Assembly: GCA_046716885.1 (NCBI GenBank)
Contig: JBKJWL010000267.1
Location: forward strand, 2,216 to 66,215
Source of the DNA: Thermoanaerobaculia bacterium
GTDB taxonomy: Bacteria > Acidobacteriota > Thermoanaerobaculia > UBA5066 > Gp7-AA6
DNA length: 64,000 nt
Reading direction: 5' to 3'
In this document: one piece after another, positions 36,113 through 45,299 of the stretch
Layout: each line of letters opens with the position of its first letter
Numbering within the stretch: position 1 is the first letter of the stretch
The notes under the pieces: generated by a model
What the model was told of the DNA's origin: nothing
Databases searched by the model: none
The model's input: only the letters and a program-made list of their open reading frames with translations
Translations under genes and position numbers: made by a program

Positions 36113-37204
36113 TCAGGGGGAAGCCGCGCGGCCGGCGCCGCCCGGCGACGCCTCCTCCGCAAACCCCATCAGCACGAGCGCCAGCGCGAGGATCACCGGC
36201 CCCACGAAGAGTCCGGCCATCCCGAACGCGGCGAGGCCGCCGAGAACGCCGAGGAACACGGGCAGCGTCCCGATCTCGGCGCGGCCCGAGATGAGGAGCG
36301 GCTTCAGGAAGTTGTCGGCGCTGCCGGCAATGAGAACGCCCCACGCGAGCATGAAGACCGCCTGCCACCAGATACCCTGCGACAGCGCCAGATAGACCGT
36401 GGCGGGAAGGACGACCAGCGACGTTCCCACGAACGGAATGAACGACGCAATGCCGGCCAGCACGCCGAACACGACGGGAGACGAAAGCCCGGTGATCCAG
36501 AAAGCGATTCCGATCAGCGCTCCCTGCGCGACGGCCGTGATGATCGTCCCGAGGACCACGGCCTCCGTGACGCCCTTCAGGTGCGCGACGAGCCGGAGCT
36601 TGCGCGCCTCGTCCAGGGGCACGAGGCGGATGGCCCTCTGCGCAATCGTGTCCCCGTCTCGAAAGAAAAAGAAGAGGATGAAGAGCATGACGGTGAGATC
36701 GCCGACCAGGCCGAACGCCCCGAAGAGCACTCCGCGCCCGTGCACCAGGAGAAACTGCACGGCCTTCTCGGTGCCGCGCTCCATCCAGACCCGGATCTGC
36801 CCGGGGTCGAGCCCGAAGCGAGTCCTGAGCCATTCGATGCCGCCGCCGACGACGGGAAGCCGGACGAGGTCCTCGAGGCCGTCGATCTTGTTGCGCTCGA
36901 TCGTCGCCGACAGGCCGCGCGCGAGATCCACGCCCTCGCGGGCAAACGCCACCCCGACGAGCCCGACGGGGACCACGATCCCCAGGGTCACGGCGATTGT
37001 CAGGAGGGCCGCGGCCATGGCCCGGCGCCCGGAGAGCGCCCGCCGCAGCCGGAGATTGAGCGGGAAGAGCATGAGCGCCAGCAGCGAGGACCAGAAGATC
37101 GGCCCGAAGAAGGGGCGGAGTATTCGGAGGAGCAGGTACGCCAGAACGGCGATGACCGCCAGCGCGAAGACCCGGCCCGCGAACCGATCGTTCTTCTCCA
37201 CCAC
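36113..37204 (-). CDS. AI-2E family transporter (PerM/UPF0118)
   Basis: The protein is multi-pass, with VAQGALIGIAFWITGLSSPVVFGVLAGIASFIPFVGTSLV and SADNFLKPLLISGR. The start was trimmed to the GTG at 37204. The track N-terminus up to 37372 is Arg-rich junk. Confidence 0.8.
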   Translation of the reverse strand: MVEKNDRFAGRVFALAVIAVLAYLLLRILRPFFGPIFWSSLLALMLFPLNLRLRRALSGRRAMAAALLTIAVTLGIVVPVGLVGVAFAREGVDLARGLSATIERNKIDGLEDLVRLPVVGGGIEWLRTRFGLDPGQIRVWMERGTEKAVQFLLVHGRGVLFGAFGLVGDLTVMLFILFFFFRDGDTIAQRAIRLVPLDEARKLRLVAHLKGVTEAVVLGTIITAVAQGALIGIAFWITGLSSPVVFGVLAGIASFIPFVGTSLVVLPATVYLALSQGIWWQAVFMLAWGVLIAGSADNFLKPLLISGRAEIGTLPVFLGVLGGLAAFGMAGLFVGPVILALALVLMGFAEEASPGGAGRAASP

Positions 37205-37370
37205 AGGCTCGCGGATGCTAGCATCGAAGCGCGTGCCGCCGCTGCCCGATCCGCTCTTCGCCGCGGCCCGTCCTGCGCGAGGAGGCGGAGCGCGAAGGAC
37301 CTGGCGGCAAGGCCGCCTGCGGCACCTTCCCCTGTAGACTCTCGCCCCGGAATCGGAAAGGAAGCCCCGC

Positions 37371-38645
37371 ATGGATCCTCAAAATCTGCTCTTCGTCGTC
37401 GCCTTCGTGCTTTCCCTCGCGCTGTCGGCCTTCTTCGGCGGCTCCGAGACGGCGCTCGTCTCGCTCGGCCGCATCGACCTCCAGCGCATGCGCGAGAAGG
37501 GGGACCGCCGCGGCGCTCTCATACGGATGCTGCGCGCCCGCACCTCGCAGATGCTCGCGGTGATCCTGATCGCCCAGAACCTGTTCATGAGCGCGGCTTC
37601 GGCGTCGGCCACCACGCTGGCGGACCGCTGGTTCGGGCCCCGGTACGGCTTCTTCGCGGCCGTGATCTTCTCGACCCTGACCCTCTTCGTGTTCGCCGAG
37701 ATGGTCCCGAAGGCGATCGGTGCGGCCTCGCCCGCGGCCGTCGCGCGCGCGGTCGCCATTCCCATGGCCTGGATGGTCAGGATCCTCTCCCCGGTCGCGA
37801 ACCTCTGCGTGAAGGTGACCAACGCCGTGCTCCGCATCTTCGGCGTGCCGGAGGCGCGGCCGGGCCTGACAGAGGAGGAGCTGAAGAGCGTCTTCAACCT
37901 CGGCGCGGACGAAGGAGTCATCCACCGCGAGGAGCAGGACCTCCTTCACCGCATCATCGAGTTCGGCGACAAGACCGTGCGCGACATCATGGTCCCGCGC
38001 ACGAGGATCGTCGCGACTCCCGAAACGGCGAGCTTCGCCGACGTCAAGATGGTCCTGCGCGAGCACAAGTTCTCGCGCCTGCCGGTTTACCGGGGCAGCC
38101 TCGACAACGTGATCGGCATCCTGCACGCCAAGGACCTCTTCGACCTGTCCGACGCCGAGGAGAAGACTTTCCGGGTCGGCACATATTGCGATTCGCCCTT
38201 TCTCGTGCCCGAGTTCAAGCGCGCCGAGGACCTCTTTCGCGAGATGCGCCGCCGGAAGACCCACATGGCGATCGTCGTGGACGAGCACGGCGGCACGGCC
38301 GGCCTCGTGACGATCGAGGACGCGATCGAGGAACTCCTGGGCGAGATCCAGGACGAGTTCGACGAGGAGAAGCCGGGCTTCGAGCCGGCCGGCGAACGTG
38401 AATACCTGCTGGAGGGGAGTTTCCGGCTCGACGACATCGAGAAGCAATTCGGCTTCTCGTTGCCGCGGGACGAGGCGGAGACGATTGCGGGGCATCTCCT
38501 GCTGCGCTTCGGACGAATCCCGCGCCAGGGCGAGCGCTGGAAGGGCCGGTTCGCGGAATTCGTGATCGAGGAGGCCTCGCCCACGGCCATACGAAACGTC
38601 AAGATGATCCTGCCGGTCGCGGCGGAGCGGCGCGAGCCGACATGA
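37371..38645 (+). CDS. CNNM/CorC-HlyC family protein (DUF21-CBS-CBS-CorC_HlyC)
   Basis: Motifs: MDPQNLLFVVAFVLSLALSAFFGGSETAL, VPKAIG, a CBS pair (VRDIMVPRT...), and a C-terminal transporter-associated domain. Confidence 0.85.
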   Translation: MDPQNLLFVVAFVLSLALSAFFGGSETALVSLGRIDLQRMREKGDRRGALIRMLRARTSQMLAVILIAQNLFMSAASASATTLADRWFGPRYGFFAAVIFSTLTLFVFAEMVPKAIGAASPAAVARAVAIPMAWMVRILSPVANLCVKVTNAVLRIFGVPEARPGLTEEELKSVFNLGADEGVIHREEQDLLHRIIEFGDKTVRDIMVPRTRIVATPETASFADVKMVLREHKFSRLPVYRGSLDNVIGILHAKDLFDLSDAEEKTFRVGTYCDSPFLVPEFKRAEDLFREMRRRKTHMAIVVDEHGGTAGLVTIEDAIEELLGEIQDEFDEEKPGFEPAGEREYLLEGSFRLDDIEKQFGFSLPRDEAETIAGHLLLRFGRIPRQGERWKGRFAEFVIEEASPTAIRNVKMILPVAAERREPT

Positions 38646-39649
38646 TCCCCGACCACCCCGTCACGCTCATCCGCGGCGACGGAATCGGGCCCGAGGTCGC
38701 CGACGCCGTCCTGAAGATCCTGGAGGCGTGCCGGGCCCCCCTCGCGTTCGAGGAGGTCGTCGTGGGCCGCGAGGCCGAGAAGAACGAGGGCGACCCCCTT
38801 CCTGCGCGCGCCCTCGAGTCGATCCGGCGCACCCGCGTGGCGCTGAAGGGGCCCGTCGGGACCCCCGTGGGGAAGGGGTTCCAATCGGTCAACGTGAGGT
38901 TGCGGCAGACCCTCGGGCTCTACGCGAACCTCCGGCCCGTCCGGAACGTGCCGACGATCGAGAGCCGCTTCCAGAACGTGGACCTCGTCGTCGTCCGCGA
39001 GAACACGGAGGACCTCTACAGCGGTCTCGAGCACACGGTCGTGCCCGGGGTCGTCGAGTCGATCAAGATCATCACCGCCCACGCATCGACGCGCATCGCG
39101 CAATTCGGTTTCGACTATGCCCGCCGCAACGGCCGTAAGCGCGTCACCGCCGTGCACAAAGCCAACATCATGAAACTCTCCGACGGCCTCTTTCTCGACT
39201 GTTTCCGCAAGGTCGCCGAGGACTACCCGGACATCGTGGCCGACGACCGCATCGTGGACGCGCTGTGCATGCGGCTGGTCATGAACCCGGAGTCCTTCGA
39301 CGTGCTCCTGCTCGAGAACCTCTACGGCGACATCGTGTCGGATCTGGCGGCGGGCCTGGTGGGCGGCCTCGGCCTCGTGCCCGGCGCCAACTTCGGCGAC
39401 GGCGTGGCGATCTTCGAGGCCGTCCACGGCACGGCGCCCGACATCGCGGGGCAGGACAAGGCCAACCCGACCGCGCTGCTGATGTCGGCGATCCTCATGC
39501 TCCGGCACCTCGCGCTGCCCGAGCTCGCGGACCGGGTCGAGAGCGCTCTGCTGGCCACGTTTCACGCCGGGATCAAAACGCCCGACATCGGGGGCACGGC
39601 CGGAACGAAGGCGTTCGCGCGAGCAGTCGCGGAGCGGCTTCGAACCTGA
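38642..39649 (+). CDS. Isocitrate dehydrogenase, NAD-type 335-aa form (isocitrate/isopropylmalate dehydrogenase family)
   Basis: Motifs: [55 protein letters not shown]. The ATG overlaps the upstream stop as ATGA. Confidence 0.8.
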   Translation: MIPDHPVTLIRGDGIGPEVADAVLKILEACRAPLAFEEVVVGREAEKNEGDPLPARALESIRRTRVALKGPVGTPVGKGFQSVNVRLRQTLGLYANLRPVRNVPTIESRFQNVDLVVVRENTEDLYSGLEHTVVPGVVESIKIITAHASTRIAQFGFDYARRNGRKRVTAVHKANIMKLSDGLFLDCFRKVAEDYPDIVADDRIVDALCMRLVMNPESFDVLLLENLYGDIVSDLAAGLVGGLGLVPGANFGDGVAIFEAVHGTAPDIAGQDKANPTALLMSAILMLRHLALPELADRVESALLATFHAGIKTPDIGGTAGTKAFARAVAERLRT

Positions 39650-39662
39650 CTGTCGACTGCTC

Positions 39663-39956
39663 TTAGTAAAGCTCGACTTTCGGAATCATCAGCGCCCGCA
39701 CGGCGCAGTTTCCCCGGATCCGCGCCTGGCAGCCGAGCCGCCGGCCGACACCCATCTCGTAGGCGAGCTCCTGGGGATTGATCGGCGAGAGGTTCTCGGC
39801 CCCGACCACCACCTCCACCCGGCAAGTCGAGCAGGTGCCGTTGCCGCCGCAGACGTGGCTGATCCGGACTCCCAGGTCGAGCGCGGCCTGCAGCACCGTC
39901 TGTCCGTCCTCGACCGAGCCCGCTTTCCCCTCGTTGACGAAGACGATCGTGGGCAT
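39663..39956 (-). CDS. 2Fe-2S ferredoxin (plant-type fold)
   Basis: MPTIVFVNEGKAGSVEDGQTVLQAALDLGVRISHVCGGNGTCSTCRV...LGCQARI carries the C-x4/5-C-x2-C...C cluster ligands. Confidence 0.8.
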   Translation of the reverse strand: MPTIVFVNEGKAGSVEDGQTVLQAALDLGVRISHVCGGNGTCSTCRVEVVVGAENLSPINPQELAYEMGVGRRLGCQARIRGNCAVRALMIPKVELY

Positions 39957-40596
39957 GACAATCGCGACTCTGCAAAATCAGGGTAGCACACGGGATTCCG
40001 CGGGCCGGCGGCCCGGAGCGCCGGACGAGGAGCTCTGGTTCGGGCGGCCGCTCGATCCCGCGGCCCTCTTCGGCCGGCGCGCGCCGCTGGAGGTCGAGAT
40101 CGGCAGCGGCAAGGCCCGCTTCCTCCTTGCGGCGGCGCGCGGAAACCCAGCCCACGATTTTCTGGGCCTCGAGCGAGCCCTCGCGTACTACCGCCTCTGC
40201 CGGGATCGCGTCGCGCGCCAGGGAACGCCCAATGCGAGGGTGCTCCGGGCGGATGGACGCCTCTTCGTCGAAACGGCGCTCGATCCGGCCACGGTTCGTG
40301 CGTTTCACATCTACTTTCCCGACCCGTGGCCCAAGAAGAAGCAGAAGAAACGGAGGCTCCTCGACGGCGTCTTCCTCGAGCTCCTCGCCTCGCGCCTGGA
40401 GCCGGGCGGACTGCTCCGGATCGCGACGGACCACCCGGAATACGGCTCGAGGCTCTCGCCCCTGATCGATACGGTCGCCGCCCTCGAGCTTCTGCCCTGG
40501 GAGACGCTCCCGCCGCCGCCTCCCACCAACTACGGGCTCAAGTACACGAAGGAGGGCCGGCCCATCTGGCAGTTCCTGGCGAGGCGGGCGCGCTAG
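39955..40596 (+). CDS. trmB: tRNA (guanine46-N7)-methyltransferase
   Basis: The ATG at 39955 is the only canonical in-frame start leaving about 44 aa before LEVEIGSGKARFLL. Further motifs: HIYFPDPWPKKKQKKRR and the C-terminal TNYGLKYTKEG. The upstream part of track ORF 39778..40596 runs antisense through the ferredoxin gene. Confidence 0.8.
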   Translation: MTIATLQNQGSTRDSAGRRPGAPDEELWFGRPLDPAALFGRRAPLEVEIGSGKARFLLAAARGNPAHDFLGLERALAYYRLCRDRVARQGTPNARVLRADGRLFVETALDPATVRAFHIYFPDPWPKKKQKKRRLLDGVFLELLASRLEPGGLLRIATDHPEYGSRLSPLIDTVAALELLPWETLPPPPPTNYGLKYTKEGRPIWQFLARRAR

Positions 40597-41177
40597 CGGA
40601 GGCTCGGCGCTTCCGGCGCCCGGCCCTCGATCACGATTCGCCGCAGGAATCGGGCAAAGTACTCGGTGCCCGATACGAGCGCGACGACAACGACCAGCCA
40701 GAGGGCCGCCCGGCCAGGCCGGAAGAACTCCTCGTGACGCAGCGCCAGGATCAGAAGGGACACTGCCGCGATCTGCGTCAACATCTTCGCCTTTCCCCAG
40801 CTCGAGGCCGCGATGATGATGCCGCGGCCGGCAGCGATCGAGCGCAAGCCCGAGACCGCGAACTCGCGGCCGATGATGACGACGACCATCCACGCGGGAG
40901 CCAGGCCGAGCTCCACGAGGGAGATGAAGGCGGCCGAGATGAGCAGCTTGTCGGCGATGGGGTCCAGCAGGGTCCCCAGGGTCGTGATCTCGCCGCGCCG
41001 GCGCGCCAGCCAGCCGTCCAGGAAATCCGTCGCCACGGCTGTCAGGAAGATCAGGAGACCGACGATCTCCCGACCATCGAATTTCGTCAAGAGCACGACG
41101 ACCAAGAACGGGACGAGAAAGATGCGCAGAAGCGTGAGCGCGTTGGGCAGGTTGATCTTCAAGGTCGTGGGTCGCAA
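40593..41177 (-). CDS. pgsA: CDP-diacylglycerol--glycerol-3-phosphate 3-phosphatidyltransferase
   Basis: Motifs: NLPNALTLLRIFLVP and the CDP-alcohol phosphatidyltransferase box DFLDGWLARRRGEITTLGTLLDPIADK. The start is TTG at 41177 or TTG at 41162. Confidence 0.85.
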   Translation of the reverse strand: MRPTTLKINLPNALTLLRIFLVPFLVVVLLTKFDGREIVGLLIFLTAVATDFLDGWLARRRGEITTLGTLLDPIADKLLISAAFISLVELGLAPAWMVVVIIGREFAVSGLRSIAAGRGIIIAASSWGKAKMLTQIAAVSLLILALRHEEFFRPGRAALWLVVVVALVSGTEYFARFLRRIVIEGRAPEAPSLR

Positions 41178-41224
41178 CTATAACGTCTTGAGTCGCCTCC
41201 GGTCGCCTCCCGCATAATAGGAGC

Positions 41225-42616
41225 GTGAATGTCCCGTGCCCGAATCATCCCGCCCGCCGCGCGCACAAGAGTTGCCACTTCTGCCGCAATGCCATCTGCC
41301 GGCTCTGTGAAGTGCGGATGCGGGGGCATCTCTTCTGCTCGACGCGCTGCGCCCGCGACGCCGACCGGATCGCCGTCTGGCGGGGCGTCCAGCGCGAGCT
41401 GGCGCGGCCGGTGCCCGCCCGTGTGGCCGTGCTGGCAGTCGCGCTGGCGGCCTCGGCGCCGATGATCCTCGCCCTGCGAACCGTTCGGGACCTCGATCGA
41501 CTGCACAGCCCCTCCCTCTCCGCGCGCCCCCACCGGCCGCCGAATCGGGCGACGCTCGAGACGGTGGTCGAGACCGGGCGGGGAATGCTCCTCGAGGGGA
41601 CCGCCTCGGAAGGCAGCGCCGTCTTCCTGTTTGCGGGCGGGCGATTCGTGGCGGCGGCGCCAGTCGAGGCCGGACGTTTCCGGTTCGAGGGCGTTTCCCT
41701 CGCAGGCCCTTATCGGGTCGGAGCCCTGCCGTTGTCGGAGGAACGACCCCTTGCCTCGGATCCCGCCCCCGTCCCTCGACCGGCGCCCGCGCGCCCTGCA
41801 CCGCGGCCTGAGGCGGATAGCGTCCCGTCCCCGCGCGCCCTCCCCGCGCCGCGCGGGGCCCACGCTCCAGGCATCGCGCCCGACATCACCCGCGGACCCC
41901 TCGATCGGCGGGAGATCCTCGTGTCCTTCGACGCCGGCTCCTCGCAGCGGGGCGCGCCGGACATCCTGGACGCGCTCCGGCGGCGGGGTATCCGAACGAC
42001 CGTGTTTCTCACGGGCGAGTTCATCCGAAACTATCCCGAAACCGTGCGCCGCATCGCCGCAGACGGTCACGAGGTCGGGAATCACACCGACACCCATCCG
42101 CGCCTGACCACGTACGCCGCAGACGGCCGCCAGGTCACGCGGCGGGGCGTCGACCGGCCTTACCTGACAGGAGAGCTGGCGCGCACGGCGAGGCTTTACC
42201 GCGAGACGACCGGCTTGTCGATGGCGCCCTTCTGGCGCGCCCCCTTCGGAGAGCACAACGCCGAGATCCGGCGCTGGGCGGCCGCGCAGGGCTACTGGCA
42301 CGTCGGCTGGACCGGAGGCCGTTCCGGCCTCGACGGCATGGACTGGGTCACCGACCCGCACTCGCGCTCCTACCAGTCGGCCGAGCGGCTGGTCTCCCGT
42401 CTCGTCCGACGCGCCGAGAACGGCGGCATCGTCCTGCTGCATCTGGGCAGCGACCGGGAAGAGCCGGTGGCCTCGCGCATCGACGCCCTGCTCGACGGGC
42501 TGAAGGCCCGCGGTTTCCGCTTTGCCCTCGCCTCGGAGTTCCTCGAGCGGGGAGGCTTCGACGCGGCGCGCCTGGCCGCGTTCCGGGGCGCGCCCGTCTC
42601 GGGCGCCGTTCGTTGA
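41225..42616 (+). CDS. Polysaccharide deacetylase (NodB homology domain) with an N-terminal Cys-rich zinc-ribbon-like segment and one TM helix
   Basis: The N-terminus reads CPNHPARRAHKSCHFCRNAICRLCEVRMRGHLFCSTRC. A TM helix follows (VAVLAVALAASAPMILAL). The NodB motifs are ILVSFDAGS and IAADGHEVGNHTDTHP. The start codon is GTG. Confidence 0.75.
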   Translation: MNVPCPNHPARRAHKSCHFCRNAICRLCEVRMRGHLFCSTRCARDADRIAVWRGVQRELARPVPARVAVLAVALAASAPMILALRTVRDLDRLHSPSLSARPHRPPNRATLETVVETGRGMLLEGTASEGSAVFLFAGGRFVAAAPVEAGRFRFEGVSLAGPYRVGALPLSEERPLASDPAPVPRPAPARPAPRPEADSVPSPRALPAPRGAHAPGIAPDITRGPLDRREILVSFDAGSSQRGAPDILDALRRRGIRTTVFLTGEFIRNYPETVRRIAADGHEVGNHTDTHPRLTTYAADGRQVTRRGVDRPYLTGELARTARLYRETTGLSMAPFWRAPFGEHNAEIRRWAAAQGYWHVGWTGGRSGLDGMDWVTDPHSRSYQSAERLVSRLVRRAENGGIVLLHLGSDREEPVASRIDALLDGLKARGFRFALASEFLERGGFDAARLAAFRGAPVSGAVR

Positions 42617-44013
42617 GCATCGCCTTCGGCACCGACGGGTGGCGCGGGGTCATTGCCGATGAGTGCACGTTCGCGCAGATCCGGCGGATCGCCGCCGCCA
42701 CGGCCGCCTGGTACGCGGCAGACGCCGGCCAGGGCGACTCGAGCCGTATCGTCATCGGCCACGACCCGCGCTTCTTCTCTCCGGAATTCGCCCGCGCGGC
42801 CGCCGAGGTCTTCGCGGCGGCGGGCGTCGACGTCCTCCTGACCGACCGGCCGATTCCCACGCCCGCCGTCTCCTTCCACGTCAAGCGGCTCGGCTTGAAG
42901 GGCGGCGTCGCGATCACAGCGAGCCACAATCCCGGCCACTACAACGGGTTCAAGATCAAAGCCCATTTCGGCGGCAGCGCCCCGCCCGAAACGTATGCGG
43001 CGGTCTCCTCGCTCGCCGACTCTCCGCTCCCCCGCGCCGCGCGCGCCGGCCGGATCGAGACCGTGGACCTGCGCACGGCCTATCGCGACCGCCTCGGCTC
43101 GCTCGTGGATCTCCCTGCGATGCGCGCGTCGGGGCTCTCCGTGCTCGCCGACGCGATGCACGGCGCGGCGGGCACGCTCGCCGAGGAGCTCCTCGGCGGG
43201 GGAAGGCTGCGCGTCGCGTCCGTCCGCGGGGGGCGCGATGCCCTCTTCGGCGGGGTCCATCCCGAGCCGATCGCCGCGAACCTGACGGCCTCGAGCGAGA
43301 AGGTCCGCCGCGAAGGATTCGATCTCTGCGTCGCGCAGGACGGCGACGCGGACCGGCTCGGAGTGCTCGACGCGCGGGGCCGTTTCGTGTCGCCGCATCA
43401 GGTGCTCGCCCTGCTGCTGCTGCACGTCTTCCGCGGCCGCGGGCTGCGCGGCGGAATCGCCAAGACGTTCTCGACCTCGTTCCAGATCGACCGCATCGCG
43501 CGGGCGCTCGGCGTTCCGCTGATCGAGACGGGGATCGGCTTCAAGTACGTCGCCGAACGCATGAACCGGGGAGAGGCAGCCGCCGGCGGCGAGGAGAGCG
43601 GCGGTTACGCCTTCGGGTTCCACCTTCCTGAACGCGACGGCATCCTCTCGGCGCTGCTGCTCGTCGAGAGCCTGGCCTCCTCCGGCCGCGACCTGGGCCA
43701 GGCGCTCGAGGCCCTGGAAGCGGAGTTTGGCCGCTTCGAATACGGGCGTCGCGACGTGTACCTTCCGGTGGACGTGATCCGAAGCTACCTCGCCGACGTT
43801 AAGGCCTCGCCGCCGGCCGCCATGGCCGGCCAGAGCGTGACGGACGTGCAAGACAGAGATGGCGTCAAGTACGTCTTCGGCGACCGGGGATGGCTGCTGC
43901 ACCGGCTCTCAGGCACGGAGCCCATGGTGCGGTTGTACTGCGAGCACGAGGATGCCGCCAAGATGGAGCAGATCCTGGAAGGGGCGCAAGTGCGGTTGCG
44001 GGAGTTCGTCTAG
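42613..44013 (+). CDS. Phosphoglucomutase/phosphomannomutase (alpha-D-phosphohexomutase family)
   Basis: Motifs: FGTDGWRG, the active-site loop GVAITASHNPGHYNGFK, the metal loop AQDGDADR, and GEESGG. Confidence 0.85.
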   Translation: MSIAFGTDGWRGVIADECTFAQIRRIAAATAAWYAADAGQGDSSRIVIGHDPRFFSPEFARAAAEVFAAAGVDVLLTDRPIPTPAVSFHVKRLGLKGGVAITASHNPGHYNGFKIKAHFGGSAPPETYAAVSSLADSPLPRAARAGRIETVDLRTAYRDRLGSLVDLPAMRASGLSVLADAMHGAAGTLAEELLGGGRLRVASVRGGRDALFGGVHPEPIAANLTASSEKVRREGFDLCVAQDGDADRLGVLDARGRFVSPHQVLALLLLHVFRGRGLRGGIAKTFSTSFQIDRIARALGVPLIETGIGFKYVAERMNRGEAAAGGEESGGYAFGFHLPERDGILSALLLVESLASSGRDLGQALEALEAEFGRFEYGRRDVYLPVDVIRSYLADVKASPPAAMAGQSVTDVQDRDGVKYVFGDRGWLLHRLSGTEPMVRLYCEHEDAAKMEQILEGAQVRLREFV

Positions 44014-45284
44014 TTTCGTCTCTGGTCTACCGGCCGGTCCTGGTCCGAGGCCCGGCGCCGGGGCCGCGGCGGCTCGGTGAAGACCGTGCCCTCTCCCTCG
44101 AAACGGATCTTCGGCGGGCTGGCGACGTCGGGCTGCATGACCTCTTCCAGGAAATCGTCGTCGAGAACCGAGGCCACGACCTCTCCCGTCCAGCCGACCA
44201 GGTCCCGCCCCGAGATCGAGAGCGGATACGCCGCCGACACCTCGTGGGCCAGGACGGGTCCCCCGACGGAGAAGACGACGCTGCCCCGGCCCTGGACCCG
44301 AAGCACGTCGACGCGGCGGTTGCGCCGGAAGTCGTGGATCGCGTCGAGCCGGAAGGTCAGCCCATGGTCGAGAGCCAGGAGGCGCGTGCCCTCCACGAAG
44401 AGCGTCTGACCGCTCAGGTCCCGTCGATACGCGCGGCGGCCGGGGTCGCTGATCAGCAGGGTGCCCAGGCCCGTGGCTCGCAGGATCCGCTCGAGCGACG
44501 TGCCGCGGAAGGCGGGCTCGGCTCCGAACCGGATCTTCCCGCTGTACCAGGCCACGCATCCCTTGCGCACGAAGACGACGCCACGCGAGGCGACTTCGAG
44601 GCCCCCTTCCGGCCGGACCTTGAAGAGGGGCCGCGCATCCGGTGCGGAGACGGAGATCGGCGCCGAGCGATCGGGCGCCTCGGGAAAGGCCGGCTCGTAC
44701 GACGGTGGCTCGGAAGGCCGCAGGTTGGGACTCGTCAATTCCCCGAGGGCCGCGCCCGGCCGTGCCGCCTCCGGGGAGGCCGCGCGCGCACCGGCCTCGC
44801 GCCCCGGACGCCGTAACGCCTCCTCGACCTCGGCGACGCGTCGTCGCGCCCCCGCGACCCGCAGGTGCTCGAGCGCCAGCCCGAGCTTTCCGCGCATCTG
44901 GTACAGCAGGCCGAGGTACAGGTGGCTCCTCACGTGTCCCGGGGCCTGCTCGATTGCCTTGCGCAGCTCGAGCTCCGCCTCGGCCAGGAAACCGGCCTTG
45001 AAGAGGATCAGGCCCAGGTTGGCGCGCAGCACAGCCGAGGACGGGTTCTCGGCGAGCAGCGCGCGCGCGGCGGCGGCCGCCTCGTTGTAGTGCCCGCGCT
45101 TGAACTCGAGGAGAGACAGGAGGTTGAGCACGTCCTCGTCGCGGGGGCGGAGGCTTCGCGCCTGCGAGAGCTCTTCCCAGGCGTCCTCGAGCTTCCCGGC
45201 GCGCACCCCGTGTCGGGCGCGATTCAAGTGCAAGAGGAACAGACCCTGGTCGACGGGAGGTAAGTCGCCGGCGGCGCTGGACAC
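44010..45284 (-). CDS. TPR repeats fused to an AIM24-like (DUF124) C-terminal domain
   Basis: N-terminal TPRs (HYNEAAAAARALLAENPSSAVLRANLGLILFKAGFLAEAELELRKAIE) are followed by a Pro-rich linker. The beta-rich C-terminal half resembles AIM24 family proteins (GTLLISDPG..., LRVQGRGSVVFSVGGPV...). The AIM24 call is tentative. Confidence 0.6.
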   Translation of the reverse strand: MSSAAGDLPPVDQGLFLLHLNRARHGVRAGKLEDAWEELSQARSLRPRDEDVLNLLSLLEFKRGHYNEAAAAARALLAENPSSAVLRANLGLILFKAGFLAEAELELRKAIEQAPGHVRSHLYLGLLYQMRGKLGLALEHLRVAGARRRVAEVEEALRRPGREAGARAASPEAARPGAALGELTSPNLRPSEPPSYEPAFPEAPDRSAPISVSAPDARPLFKVRPEGGLEVASRGVVFVRKGCVAWYSGKIRFGAEPAFRGTSLERILRATGLGTLLISDPGRRAYRRDLSGQTLFVEGTRLLALDHGLTFRLDAIHDFRRNRRVDVLRVQGRGSVVFSVGGPVLAHEVSAAYPLSISGRDLVGWTGEVVASVLDDDFLEEVMQPDVASPPKIRFEGEGTVFTEPPRPRRRASDQDRPVDQRRN

Positions 45285-45299
45285 GTGGCCCGAGCCCGG

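Noticed and set aside
37205-37370. A possible Mg2+ or other riboswitch in the ~165-nt region upstream of the CorC/CNNM gene.
   Set aside because: I can only see a short GGCGGC/GCCGCC hairpin and no recognisable conserved riboswitch core. The region may also still be AI-2E coding sequence if that gene starts further upstream.
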